Assembly (NCBI GenBank): GCA_046563655.1
Contig: CM102285.1
Coordinates: 7,068,001 to 7,132,000 of the forward strand
Length of the DNA: 64,000 nt
Direction: 5' to 3'
From: Yuukianura sp. NJ FZ-2021
Lineage: Eukaryota
The position numbers were made by a program, and so were the translations under genes. Positions 25,921-36,912 of this stretch are shown piece after piece; the stretch's first letter is position 1; each line of letters begins with the position of its first letter. A model generated the notes under the pieces. That model searched no databases. It saw only the letters and a program-made list of their open reading frames with translations, and had not been told where the DNA came from.

Positions 25921-28207
25921 TCAATCAGTTTATTTGATCTTGGCCGATGCCCTATCAATTACATTCCTGCAGCTCGTTTAAGTTTTAAGAAGAACTTAGT
26001 TAGTATAACTTAGTTAAATGGTTAAAAATTAAGATAGAAGAATTAGTGCGTAGGCATAGTTGGGTCGAAAAGGTGTGTACAAATTGCAAAGTCAATTATA
26101 ATTAAAAGAAAGAATATCTTCAAGGGAAAATTAAAAAACCTTATTCCAACTTTCATCTGCTTAGCATTGGTTCGAATATTTCCAGTATTTTAGCGTTGAA
26201 GTTTTGAATTTTTCCTATGAAGGCAGCGTCCGTTGCATTTGAGATGGTCCAAAGTATTGGGCACTGGTCTGGCGGGAGTTTTAATTGGATTCTCAGGGGT
26301 TCAGTTTGCGGACAAGTCCAAAGTGCATGGTAGTATGAGAGTTGATCGCCACAAAAACTGCAGTTCTTTTCGGTAAACTGGCCAAAGTCAAGCCATTTCC
26401 GGTTGAAATAGAGCTGGTTTGAGTTGAGCCTGATTTGAAGAATTGGAATCGTAAGATACGTAGGAAACCGCTTGGAGAATAGCTCTGACGCTGGGAATTT
26501 CTGGTGGATTTCAGCGTAGTGAGGAATGGATTTCGATAGTGCAGCTTTTCTTACGTCTGATTTTTGGTAGAAGTTCCTAAATTTCTGTACCATAGTATGC
26601 TTCAGGGCTCTTGTCTCGGTCTCGGCTCCTCTATCATAGACTCCTCTTGACCAATCTGGGCGAGAGCGGATCTAAGTTGTGTGCACCAACTGTATTTGAC
26701 GTCTGGGCGAAGAGAGGTGATTTTACGCAGCTGGTAGTATGCGTTTCTTGTGAGGTCAGAACCCAGGTTGGTGTGGAATTTTGCATATAAGTACCAGGTT
26801 CTTTTGACGATTTCGTATTGCAGTGGTAGAGATTCGGTTTCCAATCTAACAAAGTACCTGGGAGTAGCAAACGGTAGGTGGAGAAGACGTTTGAAGTAAC
26901 TTTGTTGTACCGTTTCCAAGGTGTCAGTGTGGAGATGGCCCCAGATTTCACAGTTGTACAGTGTGGTTGATTTTACTAGTGATTGTAGCAGCATTTTAAT
27001 AGTCCATAGGTCAATGTACTTCTGTTTCTTCAGTACCCTCAGGGTCGCTCCTTGTGCTGAGGTTCCTTTCTCTACGGCGTTCCTTGCTGCTTTTCGGAAT
27101 GAGCCATTTGACTGGAACATAACGCCGAGGTACTTGTACTCCGAAACGGTCTCTATCGGGGTTTCGTTCCAGAGAAAGTGGTCGTCTTTTCGAATTCTTC
27201 CTGAGCGACGGAAAGCTATTACTTTTGTCTTGGCCAGGTTGACGCAGAGTCCTCTCGCTTTGAAGAAGTTGGAGGCGAGTTTGATTTTCTCCTGCAGCAA
27301 TTCTTTGGATTGAGCAGTGATGACAAGGTCGTCGGCGTACAGGAGGATGTGAACAATTCGGGAACCTAAGGTATAACCTTTCAGTAGCGATGAAGAGAAC
27401 TTGGAGACGAGGTCCTCAATAAACAGATTGAAGAGTGTGGGACTAGCACATTCTCCTTGCAGGACTCCTTTCATGATCTTGACCGGGTCTGTTAAGCCTT
27501 CTCTGGTGTTAATTTGGGCAGTGGCATTGTCGTACAGTGACCGGAATACTTTTAGGAACTTGTTGGAGACACCCAGGTTGCCGAGGACAGCCCATAACAG
27601 ACTATGGTTAGGTGTGTCGAAGGCTTGAGACAAATCAACGAAGGCGACATACAGTTCCTTCCTTCTTAGGAGTTGGCACTGGATCATGGACATCAAAGTG
27701 AAGATATGGTCTGTACATGATCTTGATTTCCGAAAACCAGCCTGGAAATCCGAAATTTTATGGTTGATGTTTATCCAGTTTGTGAGTCTTGAGTTGAGGA
27801 TTTTGGTGAATACTTTCAGAATTGTGTTCATCAACGATATTGGGCGGTAGTTTTCTGGAAGGTCCCTTGAGCCTTTTTTGTGAAGTGGATGAATTTGCGC
27901 GTTGCACCATTGAGTTGGCAATACCCCGCTTGTAAAAATGGATTGGAAGAGAGTGACAAGGAATAATAGAAGCTTAGGAGTGGCAGATTTCCAAACCTCG
28001 TTCGGGATTATGTCAGGACCTGTCGCTTTGTTTGTTTTTAGTTCCTTGGTCGCCAGTCTTATTTCCAGAGCTGTTATGTCGCGGTCAAGGATCTCGTTTT
28101 CTATAACACGGCTTTCTGGTAGCACATCCCTTGGAACCTGGTTTGAATTGAAAAGGTTCTGGAAGTGTTGGAACCATGTTTCCTTGGAGATTTTGTCTTG
28201 TACGGTG
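25921..28207 (-). mobile_element. 5'-truncated non-LTR retrotransposon (LINE): RT plus C-terminal CCHC, one frameshift near 26600
   Basis: ORF 26602-28125 with NYRPISL, QAGFR, FVDLSQAFD, GVLQG, LLYADD; ORF 26153-26593 has CSFC-x7-H-x4-C; 12-bp TSD GTTATCGTTTAA (25909-25920, 28208-28219); AATAAA near the 3' end. Confidence 0.9.
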
Positions 28208-28772
28208 GTTATCGTTTAAACTTTTAATTAATTGAGGAAATAGTAATTGCAAAGGCCACAAATCGCCACTCTTTCGCAAAGGGATAGAAAGGCTGGTGTG
28301 GCCTCATTTGTCCCGTGAAATTCTGCAAAAGTGCCGACTTATAGCACTTTTTGAAATGATCACTTCCGCCGCTCAAGCACTTATGTTCACTGTTCATAGT
28401 GTTGCATCTTCTTTAATTGCAACAACTATTGAGGACGAAGTATGTGTCATTCAACTAACAAAACTTTTGTTTTTGTTTCAATGTGACTTTTGACTTTTGT
28501 TGATTCATAACTAATCTAAGTTCAGAGACCAAGTGAACAATTTACTTATTCTGCTCGTTTTACCCTAGTTCTGTGGTTAAGCTAACACGGAAAAGCTTCC
28601 GCTAAAATTGTCGGTGAGAAAGTTCCTGCGTTATTTTTATTTATACAGAATTTATTTAATTCATATTTTGACTACCACAACGCACTTCGGTAAACCCCAA
28701 CCAAAGCTTTAGTATTCTATTTCATCACGACGGTACACAGTTGTTGACTGACAAAATTCCGATTTTGAAAAA

Positions 28773-30170
28773 ATGAAAACTTCAAGGAGCTGGAGGCACG
28801 GTCTAAAAATTTTGTGTGCTGTGATTTTCATATTCGACTTTGACGTGGTTGACGCTCAAACTAGTTTTGGTGAAAGTGAGAGTGGAAGGGGTTTGAGGCC
28901 CGGAAACCAGAATGATGTTGTACTACATACGTGCTGTGACCTCGGCGTTGACTCGAATCGACGGGAGTGTCCGAGTATATTACAACCACTGGGGGAACTT
29001 CAGCGTCTCAAAGAATGGTATATTCCAGGCCATGTGACCTTGGACCAGACGAGCATGAGGGTTGGGTACGGAAAGTTTGATTAGTACACAAGCCTGTTTT
29101 CATTTTGATTTTAATTTTATTATTAAGTTAAACGATTTTTGTTTGTACAAGATTATGTTTATATTATGTTTATCAAATCCATAAATGCACTATTGATGTA
29201 TTTCATATTTCTATAGTTTAGTAAAGCATCGCCCATCTTGTGGAGATCTGCCGCCTCAACAGTTTCAATTGGACACAGGAAACGTACCGCCGCAAATCCA
29301 ATTTCAACCGGACGGATACCTCATGATTGGAAATCGAACGCTTGCTGACTACGTTCACCCAGAATATTACTGCATTGAGGGGTAACAATTTTCTTAACAA
29401 TTTTACCGCCAGCTAGAATTTCAAATTCTGCATATATTTCAATTTATTTTTTTTGCAGAATAAGTTCAACTCAAATAAGCATTCGTATTTGCAAGGCAAA
29501 ATGTACAAAAGAGGAACCTTGTGTTCGTAAATGCTGTCCAAGGCACCAGGTTGTTGATTTACATCTAGAACGCCGGCGATGTGTAACTCAACTTCCTCCG
29601 AATAGCGTCTGGACTCCAAAATTATACGCGAAACCATCGAACCCTAGCAGTGGAATTAATTTAGACGCCAATCCAGCCATAAAGCCGCGGATTCAAGTTA
29701 GGGCACCACCAGTATTTCAACACAATTGCAGGGAAACGCCTGAAGGTCGACCGATTTTACAAGACATGCTGTATTCTTTGCAGTTGAATTTAACCCCACC
29801 AAATTATGAAGCACACTCTTTCAAGTAAGATTAAATTTAGCAATTAAACTAAATTTAAAATTAAAGTTAACTTTTAAATCATTCTATATATACCTTTTGG
29901 TTCCAAATAAAAAAAAAACATTGCCGGATTTTTTTTTGTTTAGTGCGCGTCTTGGGCCAAATGGAAAATTGTATTATCGAAACGAGAGCCGACGGTGGGA
30001 GGAGCTTCCTGACAATGAATATTGTTCTGACGGCTTAACGAAATCGAATGACAAATCTCATGTTTATAGAGACACAATGGATGAAACGCTTTATATTGCG
30101 TGTGGAATGCGTCAGGAAGAGGCAAGAACAACTGCTAGAACTAAAATTTCAGTCCTAAAAATAATTGCAT
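28773..30170 (+). pseudogene. Methuselah-like GPCR copy 1: ectodomain exons only, truncated at the duplication junction
   Basis: Near-identical to 44171-46320 including CVRKCCP; no 7TM exons follow. Confidence 0.8.
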
Positions 30171-30195
30171 AAATATATTTAATTATAATGTTTTT

Positions 30196-31357
30196 GTAAT
30201 TTTGTTCCAGCGCATTATAAGTGTCGAGACGTGAATTGCATAAAATGTTGAAATGATGACAAGGACGGAAACTCCAAGGCCCAACCACACCTTAACTCAT
30301 AAAAAAACTTAAGTTTAGGCTAATAGTACATTAGTTCGATCGCTTGAGAAAAAAATCCATTTACTTCTGGACTAAGTGGCTTAATTAGTTGTTTAAGTTT
30401 GCTTCCTTCAGTCGGAGCTGGAATCAAGATTGCTGTAGGATCCTGTGCTATGGCTACTGTGAACTGTACAGCTTGAGCTCGATCCAGCGTAATTGAAAAA
30501 CTACCTGCGCCTATTTCTGCTTCCTGGAATGTTAAATTTGCCTCTTGAATCCCAATTCATTCTTTTAGTTAGATTTGCTTCTAAAAGTTTGAATTAAAAG
30601 TTCGAATTTGAACTCATACTTTCCTGAGGACAATTCCGACCATCCCATCCCACTTTTTATTTTTCCCAATTGCTCCAAAATTTCCTTCCAGAGTTGTGAA
30701 AATTCGCATACTATAATTAGTGTTTGGCAATCACTAATTAAGAACATTTCGCATCATCATCGTTACAAGCATGCACAAATGGCGTTATATTTGAGATGTA
30801 CCTGAAATTGTATTTTATTTCCATCGTAATTAGAAATTCAAAAATGATACCCCGATACGATTTGACCCCACGTTGTCCATCAAAGACCTGAGAGAAAGGG
30901 GGTCTCTGAATACGAACAAACAAAGCAAGTTATAACAAAATCAAATAAGGCAAGGAAAGAGCCGATTCATCGGTTAAACTAACGTTATCTAAGCACGAAA
31001 CAGCCTCCACTTAACTTGAATAGTCACCGTACTTATATTCCGTGTGTTTAGGTACAGAGCTCCCATTTTGACATTTTTTCGGGTCCCCACCGAAACGGCT
31101 TGACAGACTGTAAAGTCGTTGCCCCTCCCTGGAGAAAGCACGTTTTCTTTCGTAACAGTGGGTTGTAGACAACCACTGCAATGTTTATGGTAGAACAATG
31201 CGGACGACAGAGGACATCTAACGAAATCCGGTTCAGCCAAAACCCGTGGCATGGCGCTGACCAAAGACATTACGACACTGACCTTCATCCACAATTGAAA
31301 ATTTTTTGTTGCTGTTGTAATGGAAATACAACGAGAAGGTAGCAAGGACATTGACAC
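30196..31357 (-). pseudogene. Ionotropic receptor copy 2: 5' exons only, truncated after M1
   Basis: High similarity to 9330-10460; similarity ends at the junction near 30196. Confidence 0.8.
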
Positions 31358-31784
31358 GCTTCAAATTTGATACTGAACGCCATATTTGTGAATATAACAT
31401 GCAAGACGTGGCCCTATGTTCTCTGTGTTTTTCTGCTTAAGAATGCGTTTGCTTTCGCATGAATGCTTTGTTAAAGAAGTTTTCTCTTGTGAACAGAAAT
31501 TACAGAGGCAGCATTGTGGTGAAAGTATGTTGGAATTTCACCCGTCTATGTTTTTCAGTCTTTTCATTATTTTCACTACATGGGTCTAAGTTATTTATGC
31601 GGGTCTGAAAATTGTTAAGTCGATGTTGTAAATGTTGTTATTTAAAGCAGCTATTTCCGTATCAAGTTTCTAGCCAATGAATCGAGTCACGCAATTACGC
31701 CTTATGAATTGTGCCCTAAGCCAGTAGACCTTATGAATTACACCCTAAACTTTTAAGCCATCAATATGTTTAGGCCCTAATTAA

Positions 31785-32010
31785 CCCTTTCGCTACGGGT
31801 GACACAAATATGTGTCATTTAATAACAAACATCAGAGACGGATGACACATATATGTGTCATTCATATAAATAAAAACCGCTTTACATGTAAATTTCATTT
31901 CCATGCCAACGAATCAAAGAAACCGGTGAACCGGTTTGAAAAAACCGATTTTCATCATAAAATTCAGCCGTTGAGATAACAACCAACAAAAAAATTCCGT
32001 AGCGAAAGGG
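31785..32010. mobile_element. piggyBac-type MITE
   Basis: 14-bp TIR CCCTTTCGCTACGG / CCGTAGCGAAAGGG flanked by TTAA on both sides. Confidence 0.9.
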
Positions 32011-32119
32011 TTAATATAGCTGCAAAAAATATGTGCTAAAAACCAGTGAAATATTTATTTAATATTTACATCTAAAACCTCAAAATATTTACTTAAGTAT
32101 TTACAAAACTCAAAACTAT

Positions 32120-32730
32120 TTATGAAAAAAATTGAAATACTGGTAATGTAACTTTCATCCACGAGCCCCATCGAGTTAGCACTGCTTCTGGTGGCAGGCA
32201 GAGATCAGGATTCTTCTCCTTCAAAGTCAAGATTCGCGAAGGGGCCTTCTTGAAACCTTTTTTCAGCGACGTAATTAGTTTGTAAACAGCAGGAAATTCA
32301 GCTCGAATTTGCTCGGCAACCAAATTAAGTGCATGATTTAAGCAAGCAATATGAAGCAGGCTCTGGTAAGTGGACTTGAGAACGCGTCCGGCTTTACGCA
32401 TGTAATTCACTCCATCAGTTAGCAACAACAAAAAACAGTCGTCGATTTCGTCTCTTTTCGGGCGACACAATTTGGAAACTGTCAAGTACTGCTTGGACGA
32501 TTGTTGTATGGTTAGTAGCAATAAGAGGTTTGGAAAATACCAGATATTCTGGCATTGCTGAGTCTTTACACGAACGTCCAATAATCACATTTGCTATGAC
32601 GCGACCGGCTGCATCAGTGGTCTCGTCCACTTGACCCCAGAGCTTCTCTAATTTTGTACATAACTTTCAAATGGACCTTTGGGAGGTAGTTGGTAAGACT
32701 TTGGCGAGATGGTATAGTTCGTTTCATGTG
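32120..32730 (-). pseudogene. Degraded hAT-superfamily transposase fragment
   Basis: Frameshifted pieces DETTDAAGRVIANVIIG, LLTDGVNYMRKAG, HIACLNHALNLVAE (CxxH), PPEAVLTRWGSW. Confidence 0.75.
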
Positions 32731-33751
32731 CTAATTAGTAATTAACGTAAGTCGTCAGAATTTTAGGCCTTAAAATCATTGTCTAGAAAACAGTATCCAA
32801 CTCGGCAAACCTTCTATATACTCTATTTTTAATTTCCCGCGCCGAAGGCGTGGCGTTAGGGTAATAAACTTTTTGCAAAGACGGTGTAAATAAGTCTCGT
32901 CATATTAATTATCGAGAGTTCCCGCTCGGCATATTGTTGGTTTAGACCTCTGATATTGTTAGAGGTCACTTGAGGTCAAACAACATTCGGAATCTTAGTC
33001 CTCGCGTCGTTAAATATACATCCCAGGAAACCACTTCCGAATCGGTCCATCCGTTTCCGAATTGTAGAGAAAACTTAGCTTGGATTGTAGGTATAACTTT
33101 ACGCGGAGATTGAAAATTAAAACTACATTTTAAATTCTTAAGAAGATTTTAATAATCCGTTGTAAACGCCGTACATAAGTAGCAAAATCAAAATGAAGTG
33201 CAAACCCGGAAGGTGGTCACTTCTGGTTAAACCGGGAACGGATTAGTCATCAGCAAGCCATGAGAAATTCATCTATGAAGACAGATTGAAACTGATTCAG
33301 TATTTCCGGAGTTATAGACGCGAGTATCGTGTGCGACGCCATTTTGGAACATATTGTAACGTCTATATCTCTAAAACCGTCAAAAGTCAAAACCATCCAC
33401 ACAATAGTGTGGCTCGATTTAGGGAACAATTAATGAATAGGTCACTTTTTTCGATTTCCGTCGACAAACCATTTTACTTTGACCTTTGACCGGGAAACTG
33501 TTCACTTCCCGTCAAACCGGAAACTACTTGATCAGCTACAGACCATGAGGTATCGATGTGTTGACACAGATTGGAAATCGGTCCAGTGGTTCCAGAGATA
33601 TTGTGACTAATAGACAGACAAATGGACAGACAAGTGAAAAACCATAGGTTAGTACAAGGCGGTCGTGTAAAGTCCTTACCCAAGTGAAAGAAAGAAAAAC
33701 TCTCACATGAGTTTCAAATGAGAATAGTGAGAGGAAAAGAAAGAGGGTAAG

Positions 33752-34870
33752 AGCTATACTGAGTGGTAGGGGAATGGCACTTTTTTCAAAATGGCCGCCG
33801 CGTCTGCGCAAAACGTTTTTTTTGTGACGTCACCCCCCCCCCCCCCACTTCCGCACCCCCCGTACCCCCCACCCCACTATATATCCCTCCCCCCTATATC
33901 CGCCCCCCCTCCTCCCACGTCCCCCCGCCCCCATTACAACAATTGAAATTTGGCAACAATGCAAGTTTAACAACAATGGATTTTTTTTGAAATTTTCAAG
34001 TAAAAAATATTTTTAAAAAAAATAACAATTTTTTGAAATTTTAAAATTGAAAAAAAAAATTAAATTAAAAATTCAAATTTCTAAAAAACAAAAAGTAAAT
34101 TTCCCCAGATTACCCCAACTTTAAATGTCAAGGTCACGCACATTTTTTCAAGGTCACTCCAATTTTTTTTCAAGGTCACGCGTGCCCTTTGCATTGGCAT
34201 ATGGATTTGCGTCAGGTCATGCGCGCCCATTTGCAATTTCATGTAAATTGTTCAAAGTCATTTCACCTTTTTTCTCAAGGTCAAGCGAGCATTTTGAAAT
34301 TGTCAAGTCCCGGGAGTCCTTTTCTGGGATCCCGGGACCTAGAGGATCAAGTATGGTGCATGGGCAATATTTTCGGCTGGTCAGAGCATTAGTTGGATGC
34401 CACTCGGCCACTGCCAAAACAAGCCGCAAACCACTTCCGGTTAGCCTGCCCAAAGAAACCGCAAACCACTTCCGGCCAACTTGCCCGTGCATATGCACGT
34501 ACAACTCCATTTCAATTTTCACTCGTGTTTGCTAAAAACATCAAGGTCAACGGTCAAATAGAATTGTCACCAGGCTCGGGGGCGTGGCTAGCCGCCCAAC
34601 TCTTGAGCCAATCAACGTTGAGAATTTCAAAAGTGGGCGTGGCTCGAGGAAATGGAGACATTTCATTGGTCGAGACTTGCCGCAACACTGGGGGCGTGAT
34701 AGCTCTGGCAAATGAACGTTTACCACTTCAATCGGGGGCGTGGCCTCGAAAAATGGAGACATTTGATTGGTCGACAAAACTTGCCATTGCCACACATTTG
34801 GCCCGCCCTCAAGCCATAGTGTTGTCATTTCCTGCTTAAACTCAGACAAGTCGCCCGGGCGGACTGGTTA
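33752..34870 (+). repeat. Left TIR of the Polinton-like element
   Basis: Reverse complement of 38742-39839; the ORF track shows mirrored near-identical ORFs. Confidence 0.95.
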
Positions 34871-34968
34871 TACACAAAATGGTCATGCTTACTTGTCGGT
34901 GGTTACATTGCGACTGTCCCGTCTTCACCCCTTGCCACGCGACCCGTGCATTTTTTGCAGTTTTTACG

Positions 34969-35025
34969 GTGACGTCATCGGCTGTGCCTATATATGGCCG
35001 TGACGTTGCCACAAGCGGCTCAGTG
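34969..35025 (+). promoter_or_regulatory. Candidate core promoter for the penton-like gene
   Basis: TGACGTCA (CRE-like) at ~34969, TATATA at ~34989, arthropod Inr-like TCAGT about 30 bp downstream. Confidence 0.45.
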
Positions 35026-35115
35026 TTTCACTAGCTTCTGCGTCGGTAACATTACCTTCTCCTAAAAAAGTTTAAGTGAAGTGTTAATTTGTTATTGTTC
35101 AAATCGCCGTCAGCA

Positions 35116-36172
35116 ATGGCCGTCGTTGTTAGACTCAGTTCGCGATAGTGCTTTAAACAGCAGGTTTTACCCTGAAAATAAACCAAACGAGTTTCGTGCC
35201 AATTTGGATCCTGTGCTTGATATCTGGAAGCAACCACTGGAGGTTGCCATTTCTGGAATGCACTACACTCCAGCACCCAAAACCCAACGTAACATTTTTG
35301 GCCACAGTGAGGGTGACAATGTCATAAACGTAACCGAGCACTTGGAGGTGACGGTTACAATCTCAAAAATGGATGGAATTAGAAAGTTTTTCGGTCATGT
35401 CAACAAGGAATTGAAAAAATTTGACCGAAAAATTGTCATATCATACAGAAACAAGGTCTTTTCACTTACCAACGACGAAAAGGACCACGTGGTTACCATG
35501 ACGGCCGCGTATGCTCGAGCCTTTGGCTTTGATACCAACACGTTCCCAAATGGAGTGACGCATGGCCATGAATATTCCGAAGCTGTTTTTGACGCAATTG
35601 ATCCAACAATTAACATGACGCTCCACATTTTCCAAGAAAAGGTCAACTTGGCAACCGTGGTAGAACCAAAAGAAAAGACGGTGGAAGGCCTGATTCAGGC
35701 CATGAACGCCGCCTTGGCTCCATTTCAAATTACATTCAAGTACTCTGAGGACGAGGCTGTACTCATATACACCCGAGAATCTACACCCAATTACATTACG
35801 ACCCTCTCGCCACTTTTGGACAAAATATTTGGACTGCCAATGGGAGCCGCATTCAAGGGATTTAGCCAAACGAATCCAGCCAAGGCCGCAATTGATCTCG
35901 AAGTGACGTCAAAACATCTCCTTGTCGTGTGCGATCTTGCGGAATATACCCAGTTTGGAGACAAGGTGCTGCCGTTGATTGGAATATTCCCACAAGGCGA
36001 TCAGGATGGCAAACCAGTCGACTTGGAAGTCAATGTACCGTGTTATTTTGCGGTAAAAGGACAGTCGATGATCAATTCCATTTACGTTCAACTTTTGGAC
36101 GAAAATCTGGCACCAATTCCTGAAGCACACAGCGCAACCCAACTTGTTCTTCACGTCAGAAAATCCACCTAA
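35116..36172 (+). CDS. Polinton/adintovirus-like minor capsid protein (penton); probable +1 frameshift near 35143
   Basis: N-terminal S..FYPENKPNEFRANL....I...LEVAISGMHY and C-terminal LVVCDLAEY..FGD..LPLI...PCYFAV....INSIYVQLLDE.......LVLHVR fit the recalled penton pattern; ATG 35116 (MAVVVRLSS) is one base out of frame with ORF 35081-36172. Confidence 0.72.
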
Positions 36173-36359
36173 ATTGTCCAAAAACCAGTTATTAACAGCC
36201 ACAAAAGACAAAATCTGTTCAGTTGACGTCTGACTTGCGACCAAGCAACACTAAAACAGTGCAAAACAGTGTAAAATTTACAGCGAAACCCTTAAAAACG
36301 TGGTCAGTATCAACTTTGTGCTCGTCGAAGCAACATCTAGTGCATTTTTTTGTGTAAAA

Positions 36360-36767
36360 ATGGAAGTTGACGAACCAGGAAACTCTGATTTTAGCAACAA
36401 TAGTGACAGTTTGACGCCAGAAAATGGCGAAAACAAGTGCGACAATGCAAGTTTAGCCACAAAAACGATATCATCGCCCGCTATTGTTCAAAAAATGTCC
36501 GCGGAATTGCCCAAAAAGAAGGTCAGAAAGCGATCGCGGCCCAAAAAAGTGTCAAATTTGAAGAAGAATTTACCCAAAAACGGGTCCAGCAGTACAGATT
36601 CAGACGAAAATCTTTGCTACAATTGCAGAAAAATGCAAATTTCTAAAGACAATAGCAGAAAACCAGAAAAATCTGCCAAAAGTGGGCGAAAAAGGCGTAA
36701 AATTGTTGCAAAATTGCAAAATTTGGCACAAAAAGCTATAAAAGGGAGCCTATTTCACAACAATTAG
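36360..36767 (+). CDS. Small Lys/Arg/Ser-rich protein, 135 aa, unknown; candidate virion core/DNA-binding protein
   Basis: Lies between the penton-like and MCP-like genes; acidic N-terminus, basic clusters PKKKVRKRSRPKK and GRKRRK, CYNC; leader similar to that of the MCP gene. Confidence 0.5.
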   Translation: MEVDEPGNSDFSNNSDSLTPENGENKCDNASLATKTISSPAIVQKMSAELPKKKVRKRSRPKKVSNLKKNLPKNGSSSTDSDENLCYNCRKMQISKDNSRKPEKSAKSGRKRRKIVAKLQNLAQKAIKGSLFHNN

Positions 36768-36912
36768 TCAGTCTGCGTCTGCATTTCGACGAGTAAACAC
36801 GTGTCTAGTGTGCAGTGCTACCCCAAAATTTACACGTTAATCCTAGAAAATAGTGCTCAGTCGTCAGTTGGACACCGTCAGAGTAACATCTCGTGCGTGT
36901 TTTTGTGCTAAA

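Larger units (their letters stand above)
9330..30175. repeat. Tandem segmental duplication, copy 1 (IR 5' part, PARP, Methuselah-like 5' part)
   Basis: Collinear similarity: 9330-11780 with 30196-32840; 14580-15480 plus 22450-23390 with 40760-42690; 24580-25360 with 42715-43475; 28390-30170 with 43787-46325. Confidence 0.85.

Noticed and set aside
32120..32730. hAT transposase fragment as the mobiliser of the capsid element
   Set aside because: Lies outside the TIRs and TSD, is frameshifted, and hAT enzymes make 8-bp rather than 6-bp TSDs.
33763..34849. ORFs of 100-148 aa in the TIRs, mirrored at 38763-39817
   Set aside because: They appear twice only because of the inverted repeat, overlap on both strands and have no recognisable motifs.
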